A stretch of DNA of 64,000 nucleotides, taken from contig CAZWYY010000013.1 in NCBI GenBank assembly GCA_964638895.1, positions 2,522-66,521 on the forward strand. Direction: 5' to 3'. The position numbers were made by a program, and so were the translations under genes. Origin of the DNA: an uncultured Spirochaetaceae bacterium (GTDB taxonomy: Bacteria > Spirochaetota > Spirochaetia > SZUA-6 > RPPD01). Shown in pieces: positions 37,901-47,606 of the stretch; position 1 is the stretch's first letter; each line of letters begins with the position of its first letter. Under the pieces are notes generated by a model. That model did no database searches, was not told where the DNA came from, and was given only the letters and a program-made list of their open reading frames with translations.

Positions 37901-39546
37901 GCTTTGGAATCCCGCCGCAGATGCTTATAGTCTCGCTCTTTTCTGCCCCCGATTCCGCGGCTGTTGGTGAAAATGCGCAAAAATTGTTCCCGGCGGCGAG
38001 TCCCCGGCCGGTGGAACTCAAGGCGGGACGGCCGGCCGCGGCGATAACCTCACCACCGGCGGAAAAATCGGCGCATGACGCACCGATTCAGGAAACGCCT
38101 GGGGCCACGGAGCTTGTGGAACAGTTTCTGGCTTATTACGGACCGCTTGACCCGCGGAGACTGAAGAGCTGGTTCGGTTTTTCAGACGGCGTACTGGCCG
38201 AGCTTATCCGCGGACTCAGGCAAAACGACGTGGTGTTGTACGAACCCCTCAGTGAAGGGGCCCGTGACCCGGAGCTGTGCCTGACCGAGAATGTAGAGCG
38301 TCTGCTGCGCATGTACCGCCGGCAGAGAAGGCCGTCATTCACCGCGCTGCCTATCCGGCACCTGGTCCTTTTTCTGGCCCGGCACCAGGGGGTGATAGGG
38401 GCGGGCGTAAAACAGGCCGATCTTGAGGGTGTCCTGGAAAAGCTCTTCGGTTATGTAACACCTGCCGCGGCCTGGGAGGAGTACATCTTCCCCGTGCGCC
38501 TTAAACCCTATTACCCGGCATGGCTGGACAGCATCATGCAGCAGAGTGATCTGATCTGGCTGGGATGCGGAAAAGAGCGGCTGACATTCTGTTTTCCCGA
38601 GGACGCTTCCCTATTCGGTCAGGCGAGGGCGGGAGCCGCCGCCCTGCTGCCCTCGCTTAAGGGCAGATACAGCCTTTCGGAGATCGCAGACCACGGCATG
38701 TTGGACAGCCTGCGGGCCACGGAGCTGGTATGGAAGCAAACCTGGCAGGGGGCATTGACCAATGATACCTTCGAGGTGGTGCGCAGGGCTGTATTAAACA
38801 GCTTTACGCCGCAGCGCCTACAGGGCCCCGGCTCAAGATCAGCGCGCCATGGATACTCCCGCTGGCGGTCCACGCGCGCCCTGCGCGGAAGCTGGTACGC
38901 GGTTGCGTATGAAGAGCAGGAGGAACCGGACCCGGTCATGGGCCTGGAGCTGCAGCGCCGGCGGGTAAGGCAGGTTCTGTCTCGCTACGGTATCGTATTC
39001 AGGGAACTTCTGCTGCGTGAGAGCAAACCGCTGAGGTGGCCGGACCTGTTCCGCACCCTGCGCCTGATGGAGCTTGCGGGTGAGGTGTACAGCGGGTATT
39101 TCTTTGAGAATATTCCGGGGTTGCAGTTCGCCTCGGCCGAGGCCCTACACATGCTGCGGCAGGAATTCCCGCTTGACGCGGTTTACTGGCTGAACGCCGC
39201 CGACCCCGCCTCCCCATGCGGTCTGGGACTTGATGCGCTGACGGGTACGCTGCCCAGGCGTGTGGCCACCACCTCCCTTGTCTACCATGGGGTGCGCCTG
39301 GTACTGATTGTATTGCGTAACGGCCGGGCGCTGGAGATCCGGGTTCCGCCGGATCATGCCCGCCTGCTTGAATATTATGGGGTTTTGAATGAGCTGGTGA
39401 CCAGGGAGTTCAATCCGTTACCCGCGGTCAAGGTGGAGATCGTGAACGGAAAAGCCGCGGCGCGCAGCCCGTACAAGGAAAGCCTTTTGGAGTTCGGCCT
39501 GCGGGAGGATTACAAGGCCCTGGTCTTAAGGAAACGATACGTGTAA
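34915..39546 (+). CDS. lhr: Lhr-family large ATP-dependent helicase (superfamily 2)
   Basis: 1543 aa; VLVTAPTGSGKTLTAF Walker A, ILDEIHAL DEAH box, helicase C motifs (HHGSLSRE, VATSSLELGIDIG). Confidence 0.8.
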   Translation: MSALELFHPVIREWFLRRFGSPTEVQERSWPEISAGRHVLVTAPTGSGKTLTAFLWALDRFIRGALPRGGMRVLYISPLKALNNDMKQNLLSPLEELEGVFAGKGLEFPRLTVAVRSGDTPQAERRALLHHQPEIFITTPESLNILLTSIHGRRLFAGLTVVILDEIHALVSQKRGTHLITAVERLVPICGEFQRIALSATVRPLEVVAEFVGGYSMRSEDKTALYNKRPVTIIEVPQGKRYELAVCLAEEEGLEAVPRIQEQGPRAGENGEPGDTTRAPASTASQVMDSLAGRDADMVWDLHAAEFLKRISAHNSTLLFVNSRKTSERVAHLINQQAGGLVAYSHHGSLSREIRLAVEEKLKYGELKAIVATSSLELGIDIGELDQVILVQTPPSLSSAVQRIGRAGHKVGEVSRGLFYPLFGREFVLAAVAGRCIVRHEIEEVRPVTGALDILAQVILSMTAVETWDRDELYNFIRCSYPYHTLSRRQFELVLAMLAGRYADTPLRELKPRLSLDKLDNSLRAKKGAPLLLYLSGGTIPDRGYYNLRLGSGGEKIGELDEEFVWERNIGDTFAFGVQAWRIQRITHNDVEVAPADRGRGMIPFWRADPRNRDFYFSERILLFLRKADAELETAAFADYLQDECFMEQEAAGELIHYLTRQKQVLQTALPHRYHIVIEHYNDPFNTSGGKQVILHTFWGGRINRPFALALAQAWEEEYKYPLEVFADDDCILLNLPHDFHAEELLRLVPTDKLELLLKKKLPGSAYFGALFRENAGRALLLPRASFARRMPLWLNRLRAQKLLKAVSRYDDFPLVVETWRQCLQDEFDLSSLQMLLAEIGGGEITVSEAVTTVPSPFAGNIIWRQTNKYMYADDTPSADAVSSLAQDLYKEVVSSALLRPRIPPELIEELERKLQRTAPGYVPADARDMLDWVIERLVIPEKEWPALAGAFERDTGRSFGELHPELSLKLVLLCFPGAAERMVAAAENLPRITRGFGIPPQMLIVSLFSAPDSAAVGENAQKLFPAASPRPVELKAGRPAAAITSPPAEKSAHDAPIQETPGATELVEQFLAYYGPLDPRRLKSWFGFSDGVLAELIRGLRQNDVVLYEPLSEGARDPELCLTENVERLLRMYRRQRRPSFTALPIRHLVLFLARHQGVIGAGVKQADLEGVLEKLFGYVTPAAAWEEYIFPVRLKPYYPAWLDSIMQQSDLIWLGCGKERLTFCFPEDASLFGQARAGAAALLPSLKGRYSLSEIADHGMLDSLRATELVWKQTWQGALTNDTFEVVRRAVLNSFTPQRLQGPGSRSARHGYSRWRSTRALRGSWYAVAYEEQEEPDPVMGLELQRRRVRQVLSRYGIVFRELLLRESKPLRWPDLFRTLRLMELAGEVYSGYFFENIPGLQFASAEALHMLRQEFPLDAVYWLNAADPASPCGLGLDALTGTLPRRVATTSLVYHGVRLVLIVLRNGRALEIRVPPDHARLLEYYGVLNELVTREFNPLPAVKVEIVNGKAAARSPYKESLLEFGLREDYKALVLRKRYV

Positions 39547-39673
39547 GCATTTTCCGTCAACTTTGCTTGTTCCGGCCTCACGATTGTTTTAAAATAAGTA
39601 TAGAAAGCGGAGGCGTTCCGGCGGGTTTTTCCCACATTCGGATTTTATTGAGTTGCAAGAGAGGATCTAACAG

Positions 39674-39865
39674 GTGTCCAAGAAGGTAAGCTCATTCAAG
39701 GAACTGGCGGAGTTCGTGCAGTCCTTCGGCATCAGCGAGAGTGAGGCCATTCACATTGCCGAAAGCTTTATGGACAGGAATAAGATCGATTTCGACGCGG
39801 ACGGGAACTTCACCCCGCTTGACGTGGATTTTTCCAAAGACAGCAATGAAATAAAAAAAGCCTGA
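39674..39865 (+). CDS. Small hypothetical protein
   Basis: 63-aa ORF with RBS-like GAGAGGA upstream; no recognisable motif. Confidence 0.25.
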   Translation: MSKKVSSFKELAEFVQSFGISESEAIHIAESFMDRNKIDFDADGNFTPLDVDFSKDSNEIKKA

Positions 39866-39869
39866 TACC

Positions 39870-40802
39870 ATGAAGTTTTTTCGAGCCGGCCTGCTGCCGT
39901 GCATCATTATTTTTTTTACCTGCGCCCCGTCTAATCAGTCTTCCCATGTCCCGGTGTATATCCAGGACTACCACACCGGCAGTTTTTACTGGCTGGCACG
40001 GCACCTTGACTGGTACAAAGAGTACCGGCTTATCCTCTTTGACGCGCACAGCGATGCGTTTGCCGTCTACCACTCCCAGACCTTAAAACAGGATCTAAGG
40101 CACGCCGTGGAGCAGGGGCGGCTGAATGAGCTGCTGGAGGCACTGCGCAGCCATAACATCATCCAGTGCTATAACTGGCTGGAGCCCCTCCTGCCGCGGC
40201 CGATCAACAGTGTGATCTGGGTCCCGCCCACGTATGTGGACGCTGAAGCGGAAAAACGCTTTCGCGCGCAGGTGAAACGGGAACTATGCGCAAGAGATCC
40301 CTCGTGCCCGGCCGGAGCATGTCCTCTGGGGAATATATTCAGCATTATGGATTTTGAAAAGTTGCTCTCAACTAATCAGACCGATACCCCCTGCGTAGTG
40401 AGCATCGATCTTGATTATTTTGCCTGCATGACCGCGGAACGGGCGGAAAAGAAACTTGAACAGGTACTCGATTTTGTGTTTCGCCTGCCCGGGCTTACGG
40501 CTGTGACCGTAGCCGTTTCCAACATATATCTGAAGGACGCGGCCCAGGGCCACCTGCTGTTGTTTTTTCTTTTGTGCTCACTTGTGGAAAAGCGCAGCCT
40601 GACCGTATTTTTTGAACCGTTCATGGACAACGGGAAGGACCTAAGCAGGGAAGCAAGAGAGTTTCTACAAAGGGGTGAGGTTCTGCCCGCCTATGATATT
40701 GAAACGGCGCCCGATTTTTTACGGCGGTTTTTCACCAGGCATCGGGAGAGTATAATTGTAAATCATGAAAACCGGCGCTGGCGGGAGCTGCTTGACCATT
40801 AG
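39870..40802 (+). CDS. Hypothetical lipoprotein with arginase/deacetylase-fold-like motifs
   Basis: Lipobox-like IIIFFTCAP; FDAHSDA and SIDLDYFA resemble ureohydrolase-fold metal-binding motifs. Confidence 0.3.
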   Translation: MKFFRAGLLPCIIIFFTCAPSNQSSHVPVYIQDYHTGSFYWLARHLDWYKEYRLILFDAHSDAFAVYHSQTLKQDLRHAVEQGRLNELLEALRSHNIIQCYNWLEPLLPRPINSVIWVPPTYVDAEAEKRFRAQVKRELCARDPSCPAGACPLGNIFSIMDFEKLLSTNQTDTPCVVSIDLDYFACMTAERAEKKLEQVLDFVFRLPGLTAVTVAVSNIYLKDAAQGHLLLFFLLCSLVEKRSLTVFFEPFMDNGKDLSREAREFLQRGEVLPAYDIETAPDFLRRFFTRHRESIIVNHENRRWRELLDH

Positions 40803-40868
40803 AAAAATAATAATTGACAACTGTTCCAGGCGTTTTATAATAAATACTGTTTAAAGGAGGGCGTGAAT

Positions 40869-43619
40869 ATGAAGTATCTTCAAATAGTTTTTGCGATAGC
40901 AGTCATGGCAGTGGTTGTTCCGGCCTGCAGTCCGGAACAGGGGCAAAGTCAGGATACCGCAGCGGGAAATACGGGTTTCGAAGATGAGGAGACTAAAAAA
41001 CTGGAACAGTCGTTGATCGGGGATGTAAAGGTAGATACGAAAAGCATCGATCAACTTCTTGACAATATTTCCGCAACGGACTTTAAACTGCCGGACAGAA
41101 ACATAAAACAGCCTTCCTATAACATGCTGGCCTTATATCTGGATGATCAACTTGTCTTTAAAAGCCTCGATTACGGCACATGGGAGGGAAAACGCATTGC
41201 CGTAGTGGGCAAGAGTAATGTGTTTATCTATGAAGATATTATTGCCGGCGGTTCCACGGATTTTTCCGGCCTTGAGAAAAAAAAGATTATAGAAGTTCCC
41301 AAGGGCACGATTGTTCCGCTTGAGAAAAAATATACAAACAAGGAAGGCGAATACAGCGACCTTTTTACCTATAACAACTACATGAACTACTGGTTTAAGA
41401 CCACCTATAAAGGGAAAAGGGGGATAATCTTCGGTGCCTACCTGGCAGGGCTCGATTACAGCGCAGAGCCCCGGGACGCGGCGGAAATCGTACGCACAAG
41501 TTATTATTATACCAAACCGGAAAAGGAAACGGTTTTTTATGACCATGTAGGAAGCCGACGCTTAAGTGATCAGATAAAAACCTGTCTGGTTGCGGATAAG
41601 CTGGCATTTGAAAAGGTAAAACAGAATGAGTATTACCTCAGTATTGATAACCCGGATGACCTGCTTGCACTTTATAAAAGGCTTTCGAATGACAAAACCT
41701 CAACTATATTCATTACCACCGATATGCTGACGCACTGCCTGCACCTGCTTTTTGACCGCATGCTGGAGTACGTGGAGCAGGAGAAATTCCTCCCCATCCT
41801 TACCTCGCTGGTGGATGATTATCTCCTTGAACTGGAGGCTTTGAAAACCGATACCGATGCTTCATCCAAGGTAATGCTTGCGTCCATAGAAACCATGAAA
41901 AATTATTTTAAGGTGGCCCAGGCCCTGTTAAAGGTTGCTTCTGCGGCAAAGCAGATCAAATCACAGAATGAGTCCCAGCCATGGGAAGATGAAAAAAAAC
42001 CGGCCGTTGATATCAAGACCATCAACGCATCATATCCTGAAATTGTAAAAAGTGAGCTGTCACTTATTTATAAAGCGGAAGGATTCGCCATATCCCCTAT
42101 CTTTAAATACAAGGAGGATTACACTCAGTTCAAACCGCGTGGGCATTATACCCGCAGTGTGGAGCTGGAGGCCTACTTTCGTACTATGATGTGGTTCGGA
42201 CGCATACACATGTATATCGATCCTAGTAAGGCGACGGTAAAAGGAGACGGAACACGTTTTGAAAAATCAATCGAACATGTGCCCTATATTCTTATACTGA
42301 CCAAGATCAGCAAAGAGAATAAAGACATCTTCAATAAATGGGTATCGTTATTCAAACCCATTAATTATGTGGTGGGTGAGCCCGATGATCTAAGCTTTTA
42401 CGATATCTATACTGTCCTGGACAAGGTTGATATGGACAATCTTGGGCCCTGGCTGGAAAAAAAGCAGAACATAGAAAACTTTATCAAACAAGCAGCACCG
42501 CTGCTGCGAGGAGCGCTTATACAGGGAAACACCGATGTGGTGTCCGGTCCCGGAGACACTGGACAGGTACCACCGCCACCCACAGGTTTCCGCTTTTTCG
42601 GCCAGCGTTTTACAATTGATTCGTTTATCCACAACCAGTTGAGCGGTGCCAGGGTAGATACCCGTAACATGGTAAAGGGGCTGGATATTATGGCGGTTTT
42701 CGGCAACAGTACCGCTTTGTCCCTACTGAAGGATGATTTTGCACATGTTAAAAATTTTAAAGAACAGTTTGCGAAGATGAAAACATTGATCCGGGGCTTT
42801 GATAATACAAGCTGGCGCAAGACCTTTTATAACGGCTATCTCAAGCTGGTACAGGAGATCACCACCTTTCAGAAGGGCAGCGGGTTTTATTTTACCCAGA
42901 GTAATAAATGGGATAAGAAGGCCCTGCTTACCTCTCATGCCTCGTGGGCCGAGCTGCGCCATGATACCATTCTGTACGTAAAACAGAGTTATGCCGAGCG
43001 GGCCGGGGGAGGGGGGGATGAGCCCATGTATGATCTTGACCCTATACCGGAGCCGATAAATTATGTGGAACCCAACCTGGGATTCTTTTACTGGCTGCAG
43101 GTGCTGTTACAGGATGGTATAGATATTATGGGTAATACCGGATTTATGGATGATAATTTCAAGACCAAATTCGCTGATTTCAACGAGATTGTTGATAAGC
43201 TTACGGCGATTGTGGAGCAGGAGGTAGCGGACAAACCGATCAGTAAAATGCAGAACGAGTTTATCCGCGGAATACCGGCCAAACTGGCCCGTATCATTCT
43301 TCCCCCCAAGGCCACCTTCGGCGGAAGCGGGGATGTCGATACCTTCAGGATGGCCCTGGTGGCCGACGTGCACACAGATGCGCTTGCCGGAGAGGTATTG
43401 GAAGTAGCCACCGGGATTCCCTACAGGATATACCTGGCCTTGAACGACGGCCAGGGAGGGAAACGCATCGCCATTGGGTATTCATACAGTTACTATGAGT
43501 TCCACCAGCCTATGGACAACCGACTGAACGACGACCAGTGGAAAAAGGTGGTGTATAAACAAACTGGAACACTCGACAAATATTTGCCGCCATGGGCCGA
43601 AGATATTATCTGCCGCTGA
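40869..43619 (+). CDS. Large (916 aa) hypothetical lipoprotein
   Basis: Signal plus lipobox MAVVVPACSP; AAAGGAGGG RBS before ATG 40869; no catalytic motif recognised. Confidence 0.45.
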   Translation: MKYLQIVFAIAVMAVVVPACSPEQGQSQDTAAGNTGFEDEETKKLEQSLIGDVKVDTKSIDQLLDNISATDFKLPDRNIKQPSYNMLALYLDDQLVFKSLDYGTWEGKRIAVVGKSNVFIYEDIIAGGSTDFSGLEKKKIIEVPKGTIVPLEKKYTNKEGEYSDLFTYNNYMNYWFKTTYKGKRGIIFGAYLAGLDYSAEPRDAAEIVRTSYYYTKPEKETVFYDHVGSRRLSDQIKTCLVADKLAFEKVKQNEYYLSIDNPDDLLALYKRLSNDKTSTIFITTDMLTHCLHLLFDRMLEYVEQEKFLPILTSLVDDYLLELEALKTDTDASSKVMLASIETMKNYFKVAQALLKVASAAKQIKSQNESQPWEDEKKPAVDIKTINASYPEIVKSELSLIYKAEGFAISPIFKYKEDYTQFKPRGHYTRSVELEAYFRTMMWFGRIHMYIDPSKATVKGDGTRFEKSIEHVPYILILTKISKENKDIFNKWVSLFKPINYVVGEPDDLSFYDIYTVLDKVDMDNLGPWLEKKQNIENFIKQAAPLLRGALIQGNTDVVSGPGDTGQVPPPPTGFRFFGQRFTIDSFIHNQLSGARVDTRNMVKGLDIMAVFGNSTALSLLKDDFAHVKNFKEQFAKMKTLIRGFDNTSWRKTFYNGYLKLVQEITTFQKGSGFYFTQSNKWDKKALLTSHASWAELRHDTILYVKQSYAERAGGGGDEPMYDLDPIPEPINYVEPNLGFFYWLQVLLQDGIDIMGNTGFMDDNFKTKFADFNEIVDKLTAIVEQEVADKPISKMQNEFIRGIPAKLARIILPPKATFGGSGDVDTFRMALVADVHTDALAGEVLEVATGIPYRIYLALNDGQGGKRIAIGYSYSYYEFHQPMDNRLNDDQWKKVVYKQTGTLDKYLPPWAEDIICR

Positions 43620-44497
43620 TCGCGGCGGCAGTGCTTTGCGCGTGCAGCGGCCGCGGGCATGGGGCCGATTCCGGTTACCCGTATAAGGTCCATCCCACCA
43701 CCGCCATGCTGGATAAGGATGTGCTGCGGGATATTCTAGAGCGGCGGCGGATTCCGCGGCATATAACAGTTCATGCGCTTCCGGCACATATGTTCCCGGT
43801 TGCCGGTTCGGTAAGCCATCACCTGTTGGTGGCTCCGCTGATCAATTTTTGGTTTACGGAGCTGGCACGGCTGCGCCCCGTAAATACATTTATCATCATA
43901 AGCCCGCGCCACTTTGAGCAGGGCAGGGAGTATATCTCGCTTTCGTCTCTTGCCTGGGACGCAGGTATTGGCGTGGTTAAACCGGATATCGAGTGCATCG
44001 CATTTTTGAAGAACCGCCTGGGGCTGGCCGAAGACCCGGAGGCCATGCACCTGGAACATGGGGTGGGTGCCCTGCTGCCTTACATAAAGCGTTATTTCCC
44101 GGCGGCACGGATCGTCCCGATTGTTATTGATCAAAAAAACTCGAAGGCCGGCAGGATAGACCTGCTGGCCGGGGCAATATTAAATTTGATAAGCAGCAGA
44201 AAAAATATATTTTTGTTAATTTCCACGGATTTTTCTCATCATGCCGACCCTGCAACAACCGTACAGCGGGACGAAAAAACGGTGCGGTTTTTGGACCGGC
44301 CGGCACCGGCCACGCTTCCCCTGGTGTACTCGGACAACAACAGGGGCCTGCGGATACTGGCTGAGTTGTATGTGGGGTTGGATCTGAACAGCGGCGCTCT
44401 GCTTTGCCATACGGATTCCTTTGCCTATACGGGTAAGGAGTCGGACGATATTACCAGTTATTTTTTTTACATGTGGGGCCGGACCGCAGGGGAATAA
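43592..44497 (+). CDS. MEMO1-family (AmmeMemoRadiSam system protein B-like) protein with N-terminal signal-like sequence
   Basis: IIISPRHFEQG, HGVGALLPYIKRYFP, LISTDFSHH motifs; N-terminal LPLIAAAVLCACSG. Confidence 0.5.
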   Translation: MGRRYYLPLIAAAVLCACSGRGHGADSGYPYKVHPTTAMLDKDVLRDILERRRIPRHITVHALPAHMFPVAGSVSHHLLVAPLINFWFTELARLRPVNTFIIISPRHFEQGREYISLSSLAWDAGIGVVKPDIECIAFLKNRLGLAEDPEAMHLEHGVGALLPYIKRYFPAARIVPIVIDQKNSKAGRIDLLAGAILNLISSRKNIFLLISTDFSHHADPATTVQRDEKTVRFLDRPAPATLPLVYSDNNRGLRILAELYVGLDLNSGALLCHTDSFAYTGKESDDITSYFFYMWGRTAGE

Positions 44498-44522
44498 TGC
44501 TGAAGCACCCGCGGGCGCGGAA

Positions 44523-45161
44523 CTAATGTAATTCCGCCCAGGGCTTACGCAGGTGTACGGACACCGCCTTGTAGAGACGGGCGTTTGGGTTAAGAAAAGC
44601 ATTCCTGTCCAGTCCCGCCTTGCGGCAGAGGGCGCCTAAAAAGGCCCGCTTGTCATACCCATGCTCTCCTGCGATCTGCGGCTGCAGCATGGCTTCGTGA
44701 TGATCCAGCTCTATACGCAGCATATGGATTTCCAGGTCGAAATCCATGGGATCCGTGATAGGAATCAGCCTGCCGATTACGGTTACTTCAAACTCGCATA
44801 GAGGAAGCTCCTCCTGTCGCAGCGGAGGATAACGGCCGTCGAAGAACGCGGCATCGATGACCGCGGCGCACACAGCCTGTTCCGGGGACCCGACACCTTG
44901 GTAGAACCCGATACAGCCCCGATCTTCCCCGTGATTGATAATTCGTAGGAAAACCCCCAAGTCATTTTCCGTATAGGGAATTTCTTTAAAGCCCAAAGAC
45001 GCGTGTGTGTCAAACTCTTCCCGGATGGCTGTCTTGGCCAGGATCAATAGACTGCGCAGCGTACGGTTATTATATGTCCGTCTCAATGAATCAGGGGAGT
45101 CGGCGACACAGGAAACCAGAAGCAGAATAAGCAGACCGTGAAATATGAAGGTGCGTCTCAC
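44523..45161 (-). CDS. AMMECR1-domain protein with lipoprotein-type signal
   Basis: DRGCIGFYQG hallmark motif, AVIDAAFFDGRYPPL; N-terminal LLILLLVSC lipobox; ATGA-coupled to upstream gene. Confidence 0.6.
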   Translation of the reverse strand: MRRTFIFHGLLILLLVSCVADSPDSLRRTYNNRTLRSLLILAKTAIREEFDTHASLGFKEIPYTENDLGVFLRIINHGEDRGCIGFYQGVGSPEQAVCAAVIDAAFFDGRYPPLRQEELPLCEFEVTVIGRLIPITDPMDFDLEIHMLRIELDHHEAMLQPQIAGEHGYDKRAFLGALCRKAGLDRNAFLNPNARLYKAVSVHLRKPWAELH

Positions 45162-46237
45162 GATGAACCTTCAACCTCGGCCAAGAGGCTTTCGGCGTCC
45201 GTGTAAAACGGGTTTATTTCCAGGGCCTTGCGCAACTCGATGCGCGCTTCATCCGGCCGGTGCCGGACGAGTGCCACCCGGGCACGGTAATACCAGGCCT
45301 CCTCGGAAAAGGGGTTGCGCCTGAGGATGCGTCCGGCAATGCCCAAAATCTGATCATAATCAGCGTCCCGGAAGAATATTTCATACATCGAGGTGTCGTA
45401 CCACGGCAGCCTCCAGGGCAGACCGGCCTTATATGCGTTTTTCAAGGCGGCGGCCGCCTCAGGATATCGGCCGGTGAGCAGCAGGTAGCGGGCCACGTTA
45501 TACCAGGCGAATCCGGATGTGGGATGCGCGGCAAGATCACCGTATACACGCCGCTGAAGCCGGATATGGTACAGGGAATTATCCCGACAGGTATTAATGA
45601 TCTCCCTGATCTTTTTTTGTTTTTGCCGTGGGGCGATCAGTACATAGGTCCACATAAAATGAGACCAAAGTGCATTCAGTTTTTCATACGAATAGAAGAC
45701 CGCGGGGCCGTACAGCGCGTCCATGACGATATAACCGGCCCTTTTATCCGAATACCCGGTGATGATGATATAATGGCACATCCAATTCCCGGGCTCCGGT
45801 TCAAGTCCGATCTTGAGCATCACCGGAATGTTGTTTGTGAGCAGTTCTTTTACCATTTGGCCGCTGCCGTCAGTGTTCCGCACGGCGTACAGTCCCAGGC
45901 CGTGCGCGTAGGCCATAAGCTCGCGTATGCCGGTGTGTTTATCATCCGGATCGGGACGCACCATCTGTCTGATTTCCTCCTGTGACTTATCAATTCCATA
46001 GGCGCTCAACAGCATTGAAAGCGAGGCGGGGCCGCAGTTGTTCCAGGTCTGGTAGTAATGCTTCAGGTTTTTTATAACGTATTCGGCCGGAAGCGCGGCA
46101 GCGTGGTCGTACGCGTGACGCCCCCGGCATTCTACCTGCATATCCTTAATGCGCGACTGCGCGCTGTGGGAACTACAGGATGGTATCGCGGCAAATAGCG
46201 GGATGCAGATACAGCCGAGCAATAATATTCTGTTCAC
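45158..46237 (-). CDS. Peptidase C39-like (papain-fold) domain protein with C-terminal TPR repeats, exported
   Basis: WNNCGPASLSMLLSAYG Cys motif, HYIIITGY His region; TPR-like C-terminal repeats; signal-like N-terminus. Confidence 0.5.
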   Translation of the reverse strand: MNRILLLGCICIPLFAAIPSCSSHSAQSRIKDMQVECRGRHAYDHAAALPAEYVIKNLKHYYQTWNNCGPASLSMLLSAYGIDKSQEEIRQMVRPDPDDKHTGIRELMAYAHGLGLYAVRNTDGSGQMVKELLTNNIPVMLKIGLEPEPGNWMCHYIIITGYSDKRAGYIVMDALYGPAVFYSYEKLNALWSHFMWTYVLIAPRQKQKKIREIINTCRDNSLYHIRLQRRVYGDLAAHPTSGFAWYNVARYLLLTGRYPEAAAALKNAYKAGLPWRLPWYDTSMYEIFFRDADYDQILGIAGRILRRNPFSEEAWYYRARVALVRHRPDEARIELRKALEINPFYTDAESLLAEVEGSS

Positions 46238-46286
46238 GCATAAAGCCTATCATACGGCGGTGGGCTGTGCAAGACGCCGAGGACCG

Positions 46287-47594
46287 CTATAACCTGCGCC
46301 TGTCAATTACGCGCCTGCTTTTACCTTCGCCCTGCTGCAGGAGGGATTTGGGCTCAGCCAGGGTTACCTTGGCCTCGAGCCCCAACTGTTCTTCCAGTTT
46401 GCCGGCGATGGTGCGGCGCAGGCTTTCCAAGGTCTTAAGCTCGTCAATGGAAGGCAATTTCTGTGAGAGCTCGACCCTGATCTCGATGGTTTCCTCACCC
46501 CCCTCTCGATCAAGGACGATCTGGTAGTGGGGGGCCGTGCCCTCGATACCATGGAGTATTTCCTCGATCTGGGAAGGGAAGATCTTCAGCTCTTTATAGA
46601 AGATACAGTCGTCGGTGCGGTCCGTGACCCGGTGCATGCGCACCAGGGTGCGGCCGCAGGAACACGGCTCCGGGATCAGCCTGCTTAGATCCCCGGTGCG
46701 GTAGCGGATAAGGGGGAACCCTTCTTTGGTAATGGTGGTAAACACAAGCTCGCCCTCCTCTGAGGGCCCAACCGGCTCTAGGGTCTTGGGATTGATGACC
46801 TCCACGATAAAATGATCCTCGTTTACATGCAGGCCGCTGCGCTGGTCGCACTCACCGGCCACGCCCGGCCCCACTATCTCCGTCAGGCCGTAATTATCGT
46901 AACACACGACATGCAGCCTTTCCTCCAGGTATGCGCGGAGTTTTTCGCTCCACGGCTCGGCGCCCAGAAGCCCGGTCTTTAAAAACAGGGATTCCGGGTG
47001 CACCCCGCCTTCCTCCAGGGCGTATGCCAACTGCAGGGCGTAGCCGGGCGAACAGACCAGCGCCGTGGTTTTAAAATCCCTCATCACGGTGATTTGCCGT
47101 TCGGGCATTTTGGCGAACGAGGCCGGGATCACGGACGCGCCGATCTGCTCCGCTCCCTGGTGAAACCCGAATCCGCCGGTAAAAAGACCGTAATTATAGG
47201 CGATCTGCACCACATCGTGCTCCGTGATGCCCGCGGCGTTCAACACACGCGCCGTGCACTCGCTCCACATTTTAAGATCGTTCCTGGTATAGCCCACGAT
47301 TACGGCCTTGCCGGTGGTGCCGGAGGTGGCGTGAATCCTGATGATGTCGCGCAGAGGCACGGCGAACATATCGTAGGGATAGCTTTTGCGCAGGTCCTCC
47401 TTGGTGGTGAAGGGCAGGAAGCGCAGGTCGCCGATCGATTTTATCTTTTCGATATTTATATTTTGCCGGTTAAAAAGCTGTCTGTAAAAGGCCACATTGC
47501 GGTATACCCTGTTTAGGGTGGACTGCAGCCGTTCGATCTGGAGCTGATCCAGGTCGCGGCGTTCCATACTCTCCATGTCCTTGTTATACAACAT
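46287..47594 (-). CDS. Phenylacetate-CoA ligase family (PaaK/F390 synthetase-like) adenylate-forming enzyme
   Basis: HATSGTTGKAVIVGYTRNDLKMW; ~40-50 percent identical to paralogs 52764-54062 and 56270-57619. Confidence 0.75.
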   Translation of the reverse strand: MLYNKDMESMERRDLDQLQIERLQSTLNRVYRNVAFYRQLFNRQNINIEKIKSIGDLRFLPFTTKEDLRKSYPYDMFAVPLRDIIRIHATSGTTGKAVIVGYTRNDLKMWSECTARVLNAAGITEHDVVQIAYNYGLFTGGFGFHQGAEQIGASVIPASFAKMPERQITVMRDFKTTALVCSPGYALQLAYALEEGGVHPESLFLKTGLLGAEPWSEKLRAYLEERLHVVCYDNYGLTEIVGPGVAGECDQRSGLHVNEDHFIVEVINPKTLEPVGPSEEGELVFTTITKEGFPLIRYRTGDLSRLIPEPCSCGRTLVRMHRVTDRTDDCIFYKELKIFPSQIEEILHGIEGTAPHYQIVLDREGGEETIEIRVELSQKLPSIDELKTLESLRRTIAGKLEEQLGLEAKVTLAEPKSLLQQGEGKSRRVIDRRRL

Positions 47595-47606
47595 GCTATA
47601 ACCTCC

